DNA of 41,238 nt, taken from Candidatus Woesearchaeota archaeon (lineage in GTDB: Archaea; Nanobdellota; Nanobdellia; SCGC-AAA011-G17; UBA489). The stretch is taken from NCBI GenBank assembly GCA_016177265.1, contig JACOVP010000020.1, forward strand, positions 1 to 41,238, in the 5' to 3' direction. The notes beneath the pieces were generated by a model. It was not told where the DNA came from. It did not search any database and worked only from the letters and a program-made list of their open reading frames with translations. This document shows, one piece after another, positions 1-8,651 of the stretch. The translations under genes and the position numbers were made by a program. Every line of letters starts with the position of its first letter. The first letter of the stretch is position 1.

Positions 1-199
1 ATGTTTTTTCTTGATCCAATCTTTTGTTGGAGTCAAGAGTTTTTTCTACATCTGAAATACTATTACTGAGGTTTATAATAGCTGCAGAAAGAATATTTAA
101 CTCAAGTTCGTCTGAAAGATTAACTTCTTGAGCACCACCAAACGAACTAAAGATTATTGATACTAGGAAAAAAATTAAACAGATCTGTTTGTTTTCCAT
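1..199 (-). CDS. Putative secreted protein, N-terminal part only (runs off the window)
   Basis: ATG at 199, open to the window edge: MENKQICLIFFLVSIIFSSFGGAQEVNLSDELELN... with a signal-peptide-like N-terminus; starts 3 nt after the stop of the upstream minus-strand ORF. Confidence 0.65.
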   Translation of the reverse strand, partial: MENKQICLIFFLVSIIFSSFGGAQEVNLSDELELNILSAAIINLSNSISDVEKTLDSNKRLDQEKT

Positions 200-202
200 G
201 AG

Positions 203-397
203 CTATCCATGTATAAACAATGATATCAAAGGCGACAAAATTGGGGTTAATACGACCGCAACCATTGTTGCTCCTATAATAGCTATAAAAACTCCAAATC
301 TTCTAAGAAATGCCATCGCAATTAACCATATTCCTACAAAACTTATCGATAGCTGATTCCAAATTAAATTTAAAATTCCAGATATAATTTCAACCAT
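203..397 (-). CDS. Small hydrophobic membrane protein (64 aa)
   Basis: Two hydrophobic stretches; GAGGAGG RBS-like sequence just upstream on the minus strand (about 407-414). Confidence 0.65.
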   Translation of the reverse strand: MVEIISGILNLIWNQLSISFVGIWLIAMAFLRRFGVFIAIIGATMVAVVLTPILSPLISLFIHG

Positions 398-694
398 AGT
401 ATTTAATCCTCCTCATTATTAATTCCCTCAGAAATAGTATATATCTGAGAGGTCATGCCTCTTTTTTCTCTAATTTGTTATTTCTTTATATTTTAAAACT
501 TTTCTATGGCTTAGTGGCAAAATTAACCAAGAAAATAAAATAAAAAGTTATAATTATCTCTTAAAACTTTTTAGCTAGCAATACTATTACAATCTTCAAG
601 CAAAACCTAAAACTTATATCTGTCGTAGACATCTAAGAAAAGCGTAAAATCAATAGAAAACTTTATACATCATAAGCTATAACAAAAGTATAAC

Positions 695-818
695 ATGAAA
701 ACCATTATCCATATGAGGAAAGTAAGAAGTTCCTTTGGTATATTGAGAGGCATGCGTTCATTCACAAAAGAGGACGAATTCGAAACACATGCCTAAGTGT
801 GTTCTAGACTCATTATAA
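695..818 (+). pseudogene. Probable remnant of a vapBC-type TA pair
   Basis: After a BRE/TATA-like GAAAACTTTATAC (about 656-668), 695-796 encodes MKTIIHMRKVRSSFGILRGMRSFTKEDEFETHA, resembling the FG.L.G..FT.EDE tail of archaeal antitoxins. The overlapping 789-818 encodes MPKCVLDSL*, like the first strand of a PIN domain. Confidence 0.4.
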
Positions 819-847
819 GATTGTGTTGTCCAAATACTATGAAATAA

Positions 848-1222
848 TTATTGCTTCTTATAGCCAAAGATAGAATCATATCGCGGATGGTCGCATATTT
901 CGAAAACTACAACAATAACACTTAGTTCATCACCAGCGACATAATAGAGCAATCTCCAGAATTGGGACAGCTCCATGCGAAATAAATTAGGTAACTGCTT
1001 GAATTCTTTAGGCCATAAATGGTGTTGTACAGGATGTCCAGCAAAAGGATTTGTTTTAAGGAGATCCAAGGCATGTGTAATGCTTTTCAGAAGTTGTTTG
1101 TCTGCTTTGGCAGGAGTTTTTCCCTGTGCTTCAAGAGTATGAATCTGTGTTTCAAGTTGAGCAAGGGCAGTTTCTGCAGCACCTATAACTTTGACAATTT
1201 TTTGTTTGTCTTTTAAGTCCAT
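848..1222 (-). CDS. RelE/ParE-like putative toxin
   Basis: 124 aa with LLKTNPFAG...NLFRMELSQFWRLLYYV...VVVFEICDHPRYD, a RelE-like pattern; overlaps the upstream wHTH gene by 10 nt. Confidence 0.55.
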   Translation of the reverse strand: MDLKDKQKIVKVIGAAETALAQLETQIHTLEAQGKTPAKADKQLLKSITHALDLLKTNPFAGHPVQHHLWPKEFKQLPNLFRMELSQFWRLLYYVAGDELSVIVVVFEICDHPRYDSIFGYKKQ

Positions 1223-1500
1223 GTTCTTCCTTTGCTGAGAATTGCTGCTCTATCTTCTTTTGGTAGAAATATCCAAACAACACCATAGGGAGTAAATTCT
1301 ATTTTGCCGCTGTTCTGAAGATAAGCAAGTATGACTTTCAGAGTATTGTGATTGACCTTTCTTGGGAGTCTTCGTTTAAGTTCCGCAATGCTAAGGACTT
1401 CCTTTGCTTCTCGCAGAGTATCCTCTACCATTTGTACAGTTTCCAAAGTTGGGCTATGGAGGAGTTTTGGGCGAACAAGGAGTTGAGGCATAGTTATCAA
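1213..1500 (-). CDS. Winged-helix protein, putative antitoxin
   Basis: LSIAELKRRLPRKVNHNTLKVILAYLQNSGKIEF is wHTH-like; coupled to the RelE-like gene; TATA-like TTTATATA upstream (about 1522-1529). Start may be the ATG at 1491. Confidence 0.6.
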   Translation of the reverse strand: MITMPQLLVRPKLLHSPTLETVQMVEDTLREAKEVLSIAELKRRLPRKVNHNTLKVILAYLQNSGKIEFTPYGVVWIFLPKEDRAAILSKGRTWT

Positions 1501-1582
1501 TAAATATCAAATAGATACATATATATAAACCTTTCTATCTTAGGAGTTTGCATACTAAAGCAAGTAATCTGTTAAGTTTAGA

Positions 1583-2401
1583 TTATAAATCATCGAATGG
1601 ACTTTTAATCTTCTTCAGTTGCTCAGTGCTCACATGAAGATATCTTTCGCTCGTTGAGATTGAGGCGTGCCCGAGGAGCTGCTGTATATAGCGTATATCA
1701 GTTCCAGCCTCCAGCAAATGTGTCGCAAAACTGCTGCGTAAGGCATGACAAAAGACACGTTTCTTGATCTCTGCTTCCTTTGCAGCATCATTCACAATCC
1801 GTTGTGCCATCCTTACTGACATTGGTTTTCCGCCATGGCCAGTAAATATATAGTCTGACTGATACTTTCTTTTTTCTAAATAGAGTTGTAAATTCTGAAT
1901 CAATTGTTGTGACAAGATAATATGCCTGTCCTTTTTTCCTTTTCCACTTATGACTCTTCCCATCCTCTCGCTAAAATCCAAATCATTGACTTTCAATCGC
2001 ATGCATTCAGACACGCGCAACCCAGAAGCATACAAAAATTCTATTAAGAGTTTATGTTTAGGATTTTTCACAACAGCTAACATTTTTTTTATTTCATCCT
2101 TAGTCAACACCGTCGGTAATTTCTTCTCTATCTTTGGTGGTTTGATGTCCAAAAATACTTTTTTCTTTAACATGGTTTCATACAAAAAACGGAGTGCAGA
2201 AAGCGTTAAGTTGACAGATGCAGGTTTCAATTTCTTTTCTGCCATCAAGTGTGCTAAATACTGTTTAATATCTGTTTCAGTGATAGTTGCTGGTTCTTTT
2301 TTAGTAAACTCGAGAAATCTTTTGTTATGGATGGTATATGCCTGAATAGTCGCAGGCGTAAATCCCCTAATCTTTAACTCTGTCTCTAGCTGTTGGAGCA
2401 T
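1583..2401 (-). CDS. xerA: Xer-type tyrosine recombinase (XerA-like) with N-terminal SAM-like domain
   Basis: Catalytic motifs YASGLRVSE (R), GKGKKDR (K), HALRSSFATHLL (HxxR), LLGH and ERY (Y); GAGGTGA RBS upstream. Confidence 0.85.
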   Translation of the reverse strand: MLQQLETELKIRGFTPATIQAYTIHNKRFLEFTKKEPATITETDIKQYLAHLMAEKKLKPASVNLTLSALRFLYETMLKKKVFLDIKPPKIEKKLPTVLTKDEIKKMLAVVKNPKHKLLIEFLYASGLRVSECMRLKVNDLDFSERMGRVISGKGKKDRHIILSQQLIQNLQLYLEKRKYQSDYIFTGHGGKPMSVRMAQRIVNDAAKEAEIKKRVFCHALRSSFATHLLEAGTDIRYIQQLLGHASISTSERYLHVSTEQLKKIKSPFDDL

Positions 2402-2455
2402 TACTCACCTCTTGTTAGTTTGAAAGAAAAAAGACTTTATAAAAGTTCGTATAAT

Positions 2456-2815
2456 TCACTGCAACTCTTTCAGCAACGTTTCCAAATCAGGTCGTATCAA
2501 AAGCTTTTTCCTAGTTCTTGGTGCCAGCGATGTTCCAGTAAAAAACTGCCAAACCATATATTTATCATCATGCAGGAAGTAGAGCCGTTGTCGCCGTTCA
2601 GCTACTAGGATGCATGAGCGAACAAGAAGCTCTAAAAGCAAAGGATCAATGCTGATAGCCTGCTGCATATCAAAGGCCAAATATCGTTTTTGTTGTTTTT
2701 TTGCTTCTCCTAGATATTTTTGTAGACTAGAGAGATCATCATATCCTACATGACGGTCAAAACGAAGCGCATACAACGAAGGAACTTCAGGCACATCGAT
2801 TTTCGTAATCGGCAT
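2456..2815 (-). CDS. Hypothetical protein, possible degenerate STAS fold
   Basis: 119 aa; YLAFDMQQAISIDPLLLELLV resembles the STAS motif lvlDlsgv.fiDssgl..Lv. Confidence 0.45.
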   Translation of the reverse strand: MPITKIDVPEVPSLYALRFDRHVGYDDLSSLQKYLGEAKKQQKRYLAFDMQQAISIDPLLLELLVRSCILVAERRQRLYFLHDDKYMVWQFFTGTSLAPRTRKKLLIRPDLETLLKELQ

Positions 2816-2881
2816 AAAAAATGTACAAGAAAAAGAAATTATAAACCTTCCGTCAGAAAATCACTCTTAACTAAAGACAAA

Positions 2882-3583
2882 TTATCCGAAGTAGCTCTGC
2901 GTCTTTTGCTGATGGGTTTCCGTTGCATGCTTTGCTTTTGTTAATAAATCTTTGATTTTCTCTTCAAAGTCCTCTGCTTTTTCAAGCAAAGGTTTTACAT
3001 CTATCTTCAATCCTAAATAATCGTCCAAAACACGCATAATATTTGCTGCAGCTCTAGAGTCTGGTAACGCGCTGTGCGTCTCTGCAAAAATACAGTTGAT
3101 AGGAAAATCTTTATGCAGCAATAAAGCACCAGTCACACCCATAATGATACCTTCTTTTAACGGTTCCATCTGCTTGATACTTTTTAATTTTTTACTGTCT
3201 CCAAGGTAAAATGTTCTTGATTCCTCACTCTCCGGATTATTGCTCCCAACACCTTCCAAGCTAATAATTTCCTTCGCCTTCAAGTCTTTGGCCATCTGTA
3301 AAATATCTCTTGCTAGCTCCCATTCAAACCCAGCAACAGAAGTTAATGCATGCAGCACAACAAGATTTTCCCTTGATGAATAAAAGATACCTATTGGTTC
3401 AATCGCTTTGCCCTGATGCACTGGTACTACTGGCGGTACTTCTTCCATCCGGATATAGCCAATCTGCTGTGCATCCAAGTGCTTAATCAAAAATTCAGTC
3501 GTAATGGTGCCAACCAATCCAAACCCAGGAAATCCCTCTATGATGATCGGGCTTTTTGGCTTCTTGTGTAAAACAACCTGCAT
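2882..3583 (-). CDS. PAC2-family proteasome assembly chaperone
   Basis: PIIIEGFPGFGLVGTI, IISLEG, GIIMGVTGALL and PDSRAAA motifs. ATG at 3583 preferred over 3688 because the TATA box at about 3606-3612 lies just upstream. Confidence 0.88.
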   Translation of the reverse strand: MQVVLHKKPKSPIIIEGFPGFGLVGTITTEFLIKHLDAQQIGYIRMEEVPPVVPVHQGKAIEPIGIFYSSRENLVVLHALTSVAGFEWELARDILQMAKDLKAKEIISLEGVGSNNPESEESRTFYLGDSKKLKSIKQMEPLKEGIIMGVTGALLLHKDFPINCIFAETHSALPDSRAAANIMRVLDDYLGLKIDVKPLLEKAEDFEEKIKDLLTKAKHATETHQQKTQSYFG

Positions 3584-3779
3584 AGAATTGCAGACGTCCC
3601 ATACTTTATATAACTTTCGTAGAAAAAAAGAGGTAAGAGAAAAAAGAACCTCACCAAAATTGAAGCACTGTACCTTTCTGCACATCACAAGAGCATGGTG
3701 GCAAAAGTGTATTTTGTAACTTCTAAAAAGTAGTTATAAAGAGAAAGATTTATATACTCGCAAGAAAAGCGCCTACCAT

Positions 3780-4235
3780 ATGACTCAATACATAAGAAAA
3801 AGATTAATAAGGCCAGAAAACTATAGAAAAAGAATAATGGGCGAATCTGGTGAGAGTAAAGGTATCTTAATTGAGCAGCACAATCTCTTTAAAAGAGATG
3901 TCGAACTAGAAAAAAAGTTAGGTAACGCTTTCCTCGATGCATTCAAGAAAACGATTTCATTAGATCAGCTGTGTAAAGTTGCAGAAAAGATAAGAACAGA
4001 AGTTGTGCAACGAGACTCTCAAGGATGGGATGACAGATTCTCTTACTTATTGCTTAAAGATGCTATAGAAGAGCTCGACACCTTCCACGACGACTTTACG
4101 AGGCAGGAATATGAACAGCACCCAGAAGATCTCTTGTCTTATGCACAAAAATTGCTAGGTCAAGAAACAGCCACATTTTTCATCGCTCTTCCGCAGCGAA
4201 TACGAGTAGGCATTAGTTACCTTAAAGAAGAATAA
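3780..4235 (+). CDS. Hypothetical protein (151 aa)
   Basis: Open ATG-started ORF with GAAAGATTTATATA (BRE/TATA) about 25 nt upstream; helical and charged; no recognised motif. Confidence 0.65.
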   Translation: MTQYIRKRLIRPENYRKRIMGESGESKGILIEQHNLFKRDVELEKKLGNAFLDAFKKTISLDQLCKVAEKIRTEVVQRDSQGWDDRFSYLLLKDAIEELDTFHDDFTRQEYEQHPEDLLSYAQKLLGQETATFFIALPQRIRVGISYLKEE

Positions 4236-4238
4236 TAA

Positions 4239-4940
4239 TTATTTCTGATGAAATATTCTCTTTCTGTAAAAATATATAAAAATCAAGCAAAGGACAAGGA
4301 AGAGGAGAGCCAAAATTGTAGAATTGCTAACTATCTCAGCTGCAGCATAACCAACACCACCTTTCTGTTGAAACCACACGAGTAAAAAGAGAAAGCCGAT
4401 GAAGAAAATGAGGATGATACTAATTGTCTTCTGATCCCCAGCTACTTCCCTTCTTTTCTGATATTCGTACATCTTCTTAATTTCCCAATGTCTGTGTAAG
4501 ACATGACTTCCTAGAGGAGGATAAGCTCCACCTTCATATCGTTCAGAAATTCTTCCTTCCAAGCGTTTTCTCTGCCATTTCCCACCAGTTTTCTCATACA
4601 GTTTTTCTCCATACTCACTTGAACCCCTTACAAGTTCGTGTGTTTTTCCAATAAATCCTTTCTCAAACAGATCTTCAGCTTTTGATCGAGAAAGATATTT
4701 CTTTCCTTCAAGATATTGAGCAGGCCCCCAGAATCTGACGATAGAAGTAGCATGAGGATGATGTTCACTTGTTCCATATCGAGGCTCTTGATGCCATAAT
4801 TCTACCCATTCACCTTTCTCTACCTTTTCATTTGATTCGAGATAAATCTTAACAGCTTCTTCTCTTGGTGCTCCGGCCACAATAGCATTTCTTACCTCTT
4901 CACTTTCACTGATAATTGCTTCTAGTTTCTTTTTATCCAC
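4239..4940 (-). CDS. Hypothetical protein with two C-terminal transmembrane helices
   Basis: Soluble charged N-terminus followed by ISIILIFFIGFLFLLVWF-QQKGGVGYAAA-SNSTILALLFLVLCLIFIYFY-RKR; GTG start. Confidence 0.7.
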   Translation of the reverse strand: MDKKKLEAIISESEEVRNAIVAGAPREEAVKIYLESNEKVEKGEWVELWHQEPRYGTSEHHPHATSIVRFWGPAQYLEGKKYLSRSKAEDLFEKGFIGKTHELVRGSSEYGEKLYEKTGGKWQRKRLEGRISERYEGGAYPPLGSHVLHRHWEIKKMYEYQKRREVAGDQKTISIILIFFIGFLFLLVWFQQKGGVGYAAAEIVSNSTILALLFLVLCLIFIYFYRKRIFHQK

Positions 4941-5022
4941 AACCCAACTAGGGAAACTACACTTAATAAAATTTATTATGAAGAAAAAGACTTTTAAACT
5001 CCTTTCCTGTCAAACACTTTAC

Positions 5023-5116
5023 GGGTCCATAGCTCAGGCTGGTAGAGCACTTGTCATCAAGAAGATGGGTGAAGCTCTTAACCAAGGGGTCGTGGGTTCA
5101 AATCCCACTGGATCCG
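5023..5116 (+). tRNA. tRNA-Lys(CTT) with a 20-nt intron (5054-5073) at position 30/31
   Basis: Acceptor GGGTCCA/TGGATCC, D-stem GCTC/GAGC, anticodon arm CTTG^G-CTCTTAA-CCAAG after intron removal, T-arm GTGGG-TTCAAAT-CCCAC; bulge-helix-bulge at the junctions; TATA-like TTTTAAA at about 4992-4998. Confidence 0.92.
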
Positions 5117-5119
5117 CTC

Positions 5120-5524
5120 ATGCTCATGGAATCACTTGATGATTGGTTGCAGTATCTAAGAGAAAATAAAAAGTGCATCGTGGTGGAAGGGAAAAGCGAT
5201 CGAGAGGCATTAATGTCTTTGGGGATAACAACCATTCTGACTATTGCACAAAAACCATTCTATCAAGTTGCAGAATCCATCAAAGAAAAAAAAATTTGCA
5301 TCCTCACCGATCTTGACGCTGAAGGGAAAAAATTATTTGCTAAGATAAACCGCTATTGCCAGCAGCATGGTATACGAGTGGACAACACACCACGAGCATT
5401 TCTCTTCAAGCACACAACGCTCACGCAAATAGAAGGTCTCCCGCATTATTTACTGGCGCAACACGGTAAACATCGAGTCAAAGATGTTATCTTCGATGCA
5501 GCACGTGTGGAACGTGGCACCTAA
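5120..5524 (+). CDS. Stand-alone Toprim-domain protein (small primase/RNase M5-like)
   Basis: IVVEGKSD and ILTDLDAEG Toprim motifs. Start moved to ATG 5120 (or 5126) because the track start at 5051 lies inside the tRNA. Confidence 0.8.
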   Translation: MLMESLDDWLQYLRENKKCIVVEGKSDREALMSLGITTILTIAQKPFYQVAESIKEKKICILTDLDAEGKKLFAKINRYCQQHGIRVDNTPRAFLFKHTTLTQIEGLPHYLLAQHGKHRVKDVIFDAARVERGT

Positions 5525-6304
5525 GCCCTCTGCTAGGCGTTTCAATCGTAAGTTGTGGTCTTGCAGCTTTGACAGGTAATTCTTCCGCAGGAAAGGGCTA
5601 ATATACGTGCGCAAAGTGCTGTGTGTTTCACTGTCTTTCAGGTTAAACTCACCGCTTAAATCCAGACTTAATTCAACTTCATCTAATACCTGGATCAGTT
5701 TGATAGTATTATTCTTAAACCCAAACAAAGCACGTTTGACTTGCTCAGGTTCATAGAGGAAATCAGAAATGATAACAATCATCGATCTCGAGTCAATGAA
5801 TTTTGCATAGTTCATAAGAGATTCTTCAAATTTGGATTCTCCTGCTGGTTGTTTCGTCCGCAAGTAATCAAGAATGGTCACTAATTGCCGTTTTCCTCGT
5901 CTTGGTTTGAAGCGATCCAGTTTGTCAGAAAACGTTGATAAGACAAAACGCTCATTATTTTTCAAAGCCATGTATGCAAACCCAATGCCAAGCATAGCAG
6001 CATATTCATGCTTCTTCGTTTGATCGCTGCCAAAGTTCATGCTGTTGCTAAAATCAAGAATAATATGCACGGTTAAATTGCGTTCTTCTTCTCTCCGTTT
6101 GATATGGAGCCTGTCTGTCCTTCCGTACACTTTCCAGTCAATCGATCGGTAATCGTCGCCAGGAGCATACAGCCTGTGGTCCTTGAAAATCAATCCTTGT
6201 CCGCCGTGCATACTTTCCCGTTGCCCGATGTAGTTTGATGCCACCCGTTTATTGATAATCAAGCTTAGGCGATGCAGATGGCGTAAGAAATCAGTCTCGA
6301 TCAT
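5450..6304 (-). CDS. DUF58 family protein (VWA-like)
   Basis: FKDHRLYAPGDDYRSIDWKVYGRT, ILDFSNSM and IISDFL motifs; directly downstream of MoxR. Confidence 0.9.
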   Translation of the reverse strand: MIETDFLRHLHRLSLIINKRVASNYIGQRESMHGGQGLIFKDHRLYAPGDDYRSIDWKVYGRTDRLHIKRREEERNLTVHIILDFSNSMNFGSDQTKKHEYAAMLGIGFAYMALKNNERFVLSTFSDKLDRFKPRRGKRQLVTILDYLRTKQPAGESKFEESLMNYAKFIDSRSMIVIISDFLYEPEQVKRALFGFKNNTIKLIQVLDEVELSLDLSGEFNLKDSETHSTLRTYISPFLRKNYLSKLQDHNLRLKRLAEGLGATFHTCCIEDNIFDSMFTVLRQ

Positions 6305-7245
6305 TTTAGCAGATAACCAATGACATCGTCCTCATCAAAATTATTCCGCTCAGCTTCAAAGTTTAAGATAATGCGATGCCTCAAGATGGGATACACCATC
6401 TCCTTAACATCATTCTTAGTCACATAATTTCTGCCATCCAGCAAGGCATTCGCTTTCGCTGCCAAAATCAAGCCAATAGATGCTCGTGGTGACGCTCCAT
6501 ATTCAATTAATTCTTTGCGTTCTCTGGTTTTCTTGACAATTTCCACGGCATACTTGCGGACATCTTGAGCAATGGGGATCTGTCGCACCAGTTCTTGTAG
6601 TTTGAAAATAGCTTCTTTCTTCAGCAGAGGTTTTAGGTCTGGCATTTTTTGATCAAACTCCGTATATCTCGTCACGATCTCTACTTCTTCGTTGAAGTTA
6701 GGATAGTCTGTTTTAACTTTAAACAAGAAACGATCACTCTGCGCTTCAGGCAGTAAATAAACTCCTTCTTGCTCAATAGGATTTTGTGTTGCCAGGACAA
6801 AAAACGGTTTTTCCAGTTTGTAGGTATGGTTGCCTACAGTTACCTGTCGTTCCTGCATAGCCTCTAAGAGTGCAGATTGCGTCTTTGGTGTTGCCCTATT
6901 AATCTCATCCATCAGCACGACGTTCGCAAACACAGGGCCAGGTTGAAACTTGAATTCTCTGCTACCCTTCCCATCTTCCAGCACATACGTTCCAGTAATG
7001 TCCGAGGGCATCAAATCAGGCGTGCCTTGGATACGAGAGAACTTCAGATCCATCAGCTTTGCTAACGTGCTCACCGTCAAGGTCTTTGCTAACCCCGGAT
7101 ATCCCTCGAGAAGTGCATTGCTGTCCGTCAAGATGGCAATAATAATCTGTTTCACAACATGTCTTTGCCCGACAACAACCTTGCCAACCTCATTGAAAAT
7201 AACTTCAAATGCTTCTTTTGCTTTCTGGATGGATTCAGTGGTCAT
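6301..7245 (-). CDS. moxR: MoxR-family AAA+ ATPase
   Basis: LLEGYPGLAKT, RIQGTPDLMPSDITG, DEINRATPKTQSALLEAMQE, ATQNPIEQEG and GASPR motifs. Confidence 0.95.
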   Translation of the reverse strand: MTTESIQKAKEAFEVIFNEVGKVVVGQRHVVKQIIIAILTDSNALLEGYPGLAKTLTVSTLAKLMDLKFSRIQGTPDLMPSDITGTYVLEDGKGSREFKFQPGPVFANVVLMDEINRATPKTQSALLEAMQERQVTVGNHTYKLEKPFFVLATQNPIEQEGVYLLPEAQSDRFLFKVKTDYPNFNEEVEIVTRYTEFDQKMPDLKPLLKKEAIFKLQELVRQIPIAQDVRKYAVEIVKKTRERKELIEYGASPRASIGLILAAKANALLDGRNYVTKNDVKEMVYPILRHRIILNFEAERNNFDEDDVIGYLLK

Positions 7246-8033
7246 GGCTCATTAATGCTCCTGAAATAGTTGCTGACAATCTGTTTGTCTTCGTCATTAA
7301 TCTTTTCTTTGGAGGTTTCACTGCCAAGAGCTTCACGATTGCCCTCGCCTGCTGTTGTTCCTTTAAATGTTTTTCCTTCTTTCTCGCGATTATAGTTTTT
7401 CACATCAACCAGCCCCAGCATTTGATTGAGCTCAATAAGCTCCTCCTTGCCGCCATACTTGATCTGCTCCTCTTCCCCATAGAGATCTTCAGTTGTTTCT
7501 TCACCAAAAAAGGAAACCTCTGTCAAATTTGCTGCCTTAGCAAAAAAGCCAGTCACTGGTGAGATGCCATCCTGAAGCGCAGGAAGAACGTTGTCAAAAT
7601 GGATGCTGTTGAGAGAAAAGAACACCACAAGGAAGCACAGCCCAAAAAGAGCCGTAATCTTGGAAACCGCCTGTTTTTTGTTCATGATTTTAGCAGCACT
7701 CACTTGCTGGAGCCGTTCAAGCACATCGTGATGCAAGTCAACTGCCAGCTCATCGTCACGGTCAACATTGTCAGCAGATGTTCGCAAGCGCCATTCAAGA
7801 TCCGGGACTTTCTTCTCGACATCGTAGTAGCCAACGTTCTTCATACCTCGATAGGTGTTCAACGTCAAAAAAGCAAGGAAAGGAACTAAAGCGTAAATCC
7901 AGGGGAGCTTGAAGAAAAAGAAGAGCAGAGTAAACAGCAGAAGGATCAGTAAAGAGTTGATGAAGCTATTAAAGAAGCTCACAAAAAAGAGGATCTGCTT
8001 CACTTGCCGCAATGCATGCTTAATAATATCCAT
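7242..8033 (-). CDS. Membrane protein of the MoxR operon
   Basis: Three hydrophobic segments, VEKKVPDLEWRLRTSADN motif, acidic C-terminus ending IVSNYFRSI; 4-nt overlap with moxR. Confidence 0.75.
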   Translation of the reverse strand: MDIIKHALRQVKQILFFVSFFNSFINSLLILLLFTLLFFFFKLPWIYALVPFLAFLTLNTYRGMKNVGYYDVEKKVPDLEWRLRTSADNVDRDDELAVDLHHDVLERLQQVSAAKIMNKKQAVSKITALFGLCFLVVFFSLNSIHFDNVLPALQDGISPVTGFFAKAANLTEVSFFGEETTEDLYGEEEQIKYGGKEELIELNQMLGLVDVKNYNREKEGKTFKGTTAGEGNREALGSETSKEKINDEDKQIVSNYFRSINEP

Positions 8034-8042
8034 CGTCCATGC

Positions 8043-8627
8043 TCAGTCACACACGCTTAGGTTCTCGTTTAATTCATCTTCGATGCAATTTTTCCATTTC
8101 GCAATTTCACGTTTTTGGTCGCTCACCGTTTTTGTCAGGTTATCCAGCTCATCTCTTTTCGCCGCGATATCTGCTTCAAGCGTCTTGATCTCGTTTTTGA
8201 GATATTCAATTTCTGCTTCCAGTCTATCCTGATCCTTCAGAAAGTCTTTTTCTGATGTCTCTTTGTCCTTGAGGAGTGTTTTTGTCTCATTCAGGTCCTG
8301 GAGTTTTTCTTGCAGTTCAGTTTCAAGCGTTTCAAGTTTGTCAACTTTCTCTTGATACTCATCGTTAATGCTCGTAAATTGACTTCTGTAGTAGAAGCTG
8401 AGCACTATCAGGACAACAACACAGACCAGCAAGATGCCAATGAAAAGAAACTCTCTGCCGCTACGGAGTGGGGAATAGACGTTCTGATGCGAAGGGGTAG
8501 TTTTTGGCTTTAATGAGTCTGTAGCAACGTTCTCATGTTTCAGCTGTTCCAGAGCTCTAGTAACTTCCTCAAGCTTTTTTTGGCGGCGCTGTAACATATA
8601 GTCTTTGATAATGCCCATAGCCTGCAA
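8043..8627 (-). CDS. Single-TM coiled-coil protein
   Basis: TM FLFIGILLVCVVVLIVLSFYY followed by a long E/K-rich heptad stretch and a C-terminal Cys pair. Confidence 0.7.
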   Translation of the reverse strand: MQAMGIIKDYMLQRRQKKLEEVTRALEQLKHENVATDSLKPKTTPSHQNVYSPLRSGREFLFIGILLVCVVVLIVLSFYYRSQFTSINDEYQEKVDKLETLETELQEKLQDLNETKTLLKDKETSEKDFLKDQDRLEAEIEYLKNEIKTLEADIAAKRDELDNLTKTVSDQKREIAKWKNCIEDELNENLSVCD

Positions 8628-8651
8628 AACACCATTGCTTATTTAAATAGT

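Noticed and set aside
1565..1590. dif-like site at the recombinase 3' end (TAATCT-N9-AGATTA)
   Set aside because: The arms are too short and the spacing does not fit the 11-6-11 dif layout; it could be chance or a terminator.
1583..2401. Integron integrase (IntI)
   Set aside because: It lacks the IntI-specific insertion before the HxxR box, and I could not find attC-like repeats.
5051..5119. N-terminal extension of the Toprim ORF
   Set aside because: This stretch is the tRNA-Lys gene.
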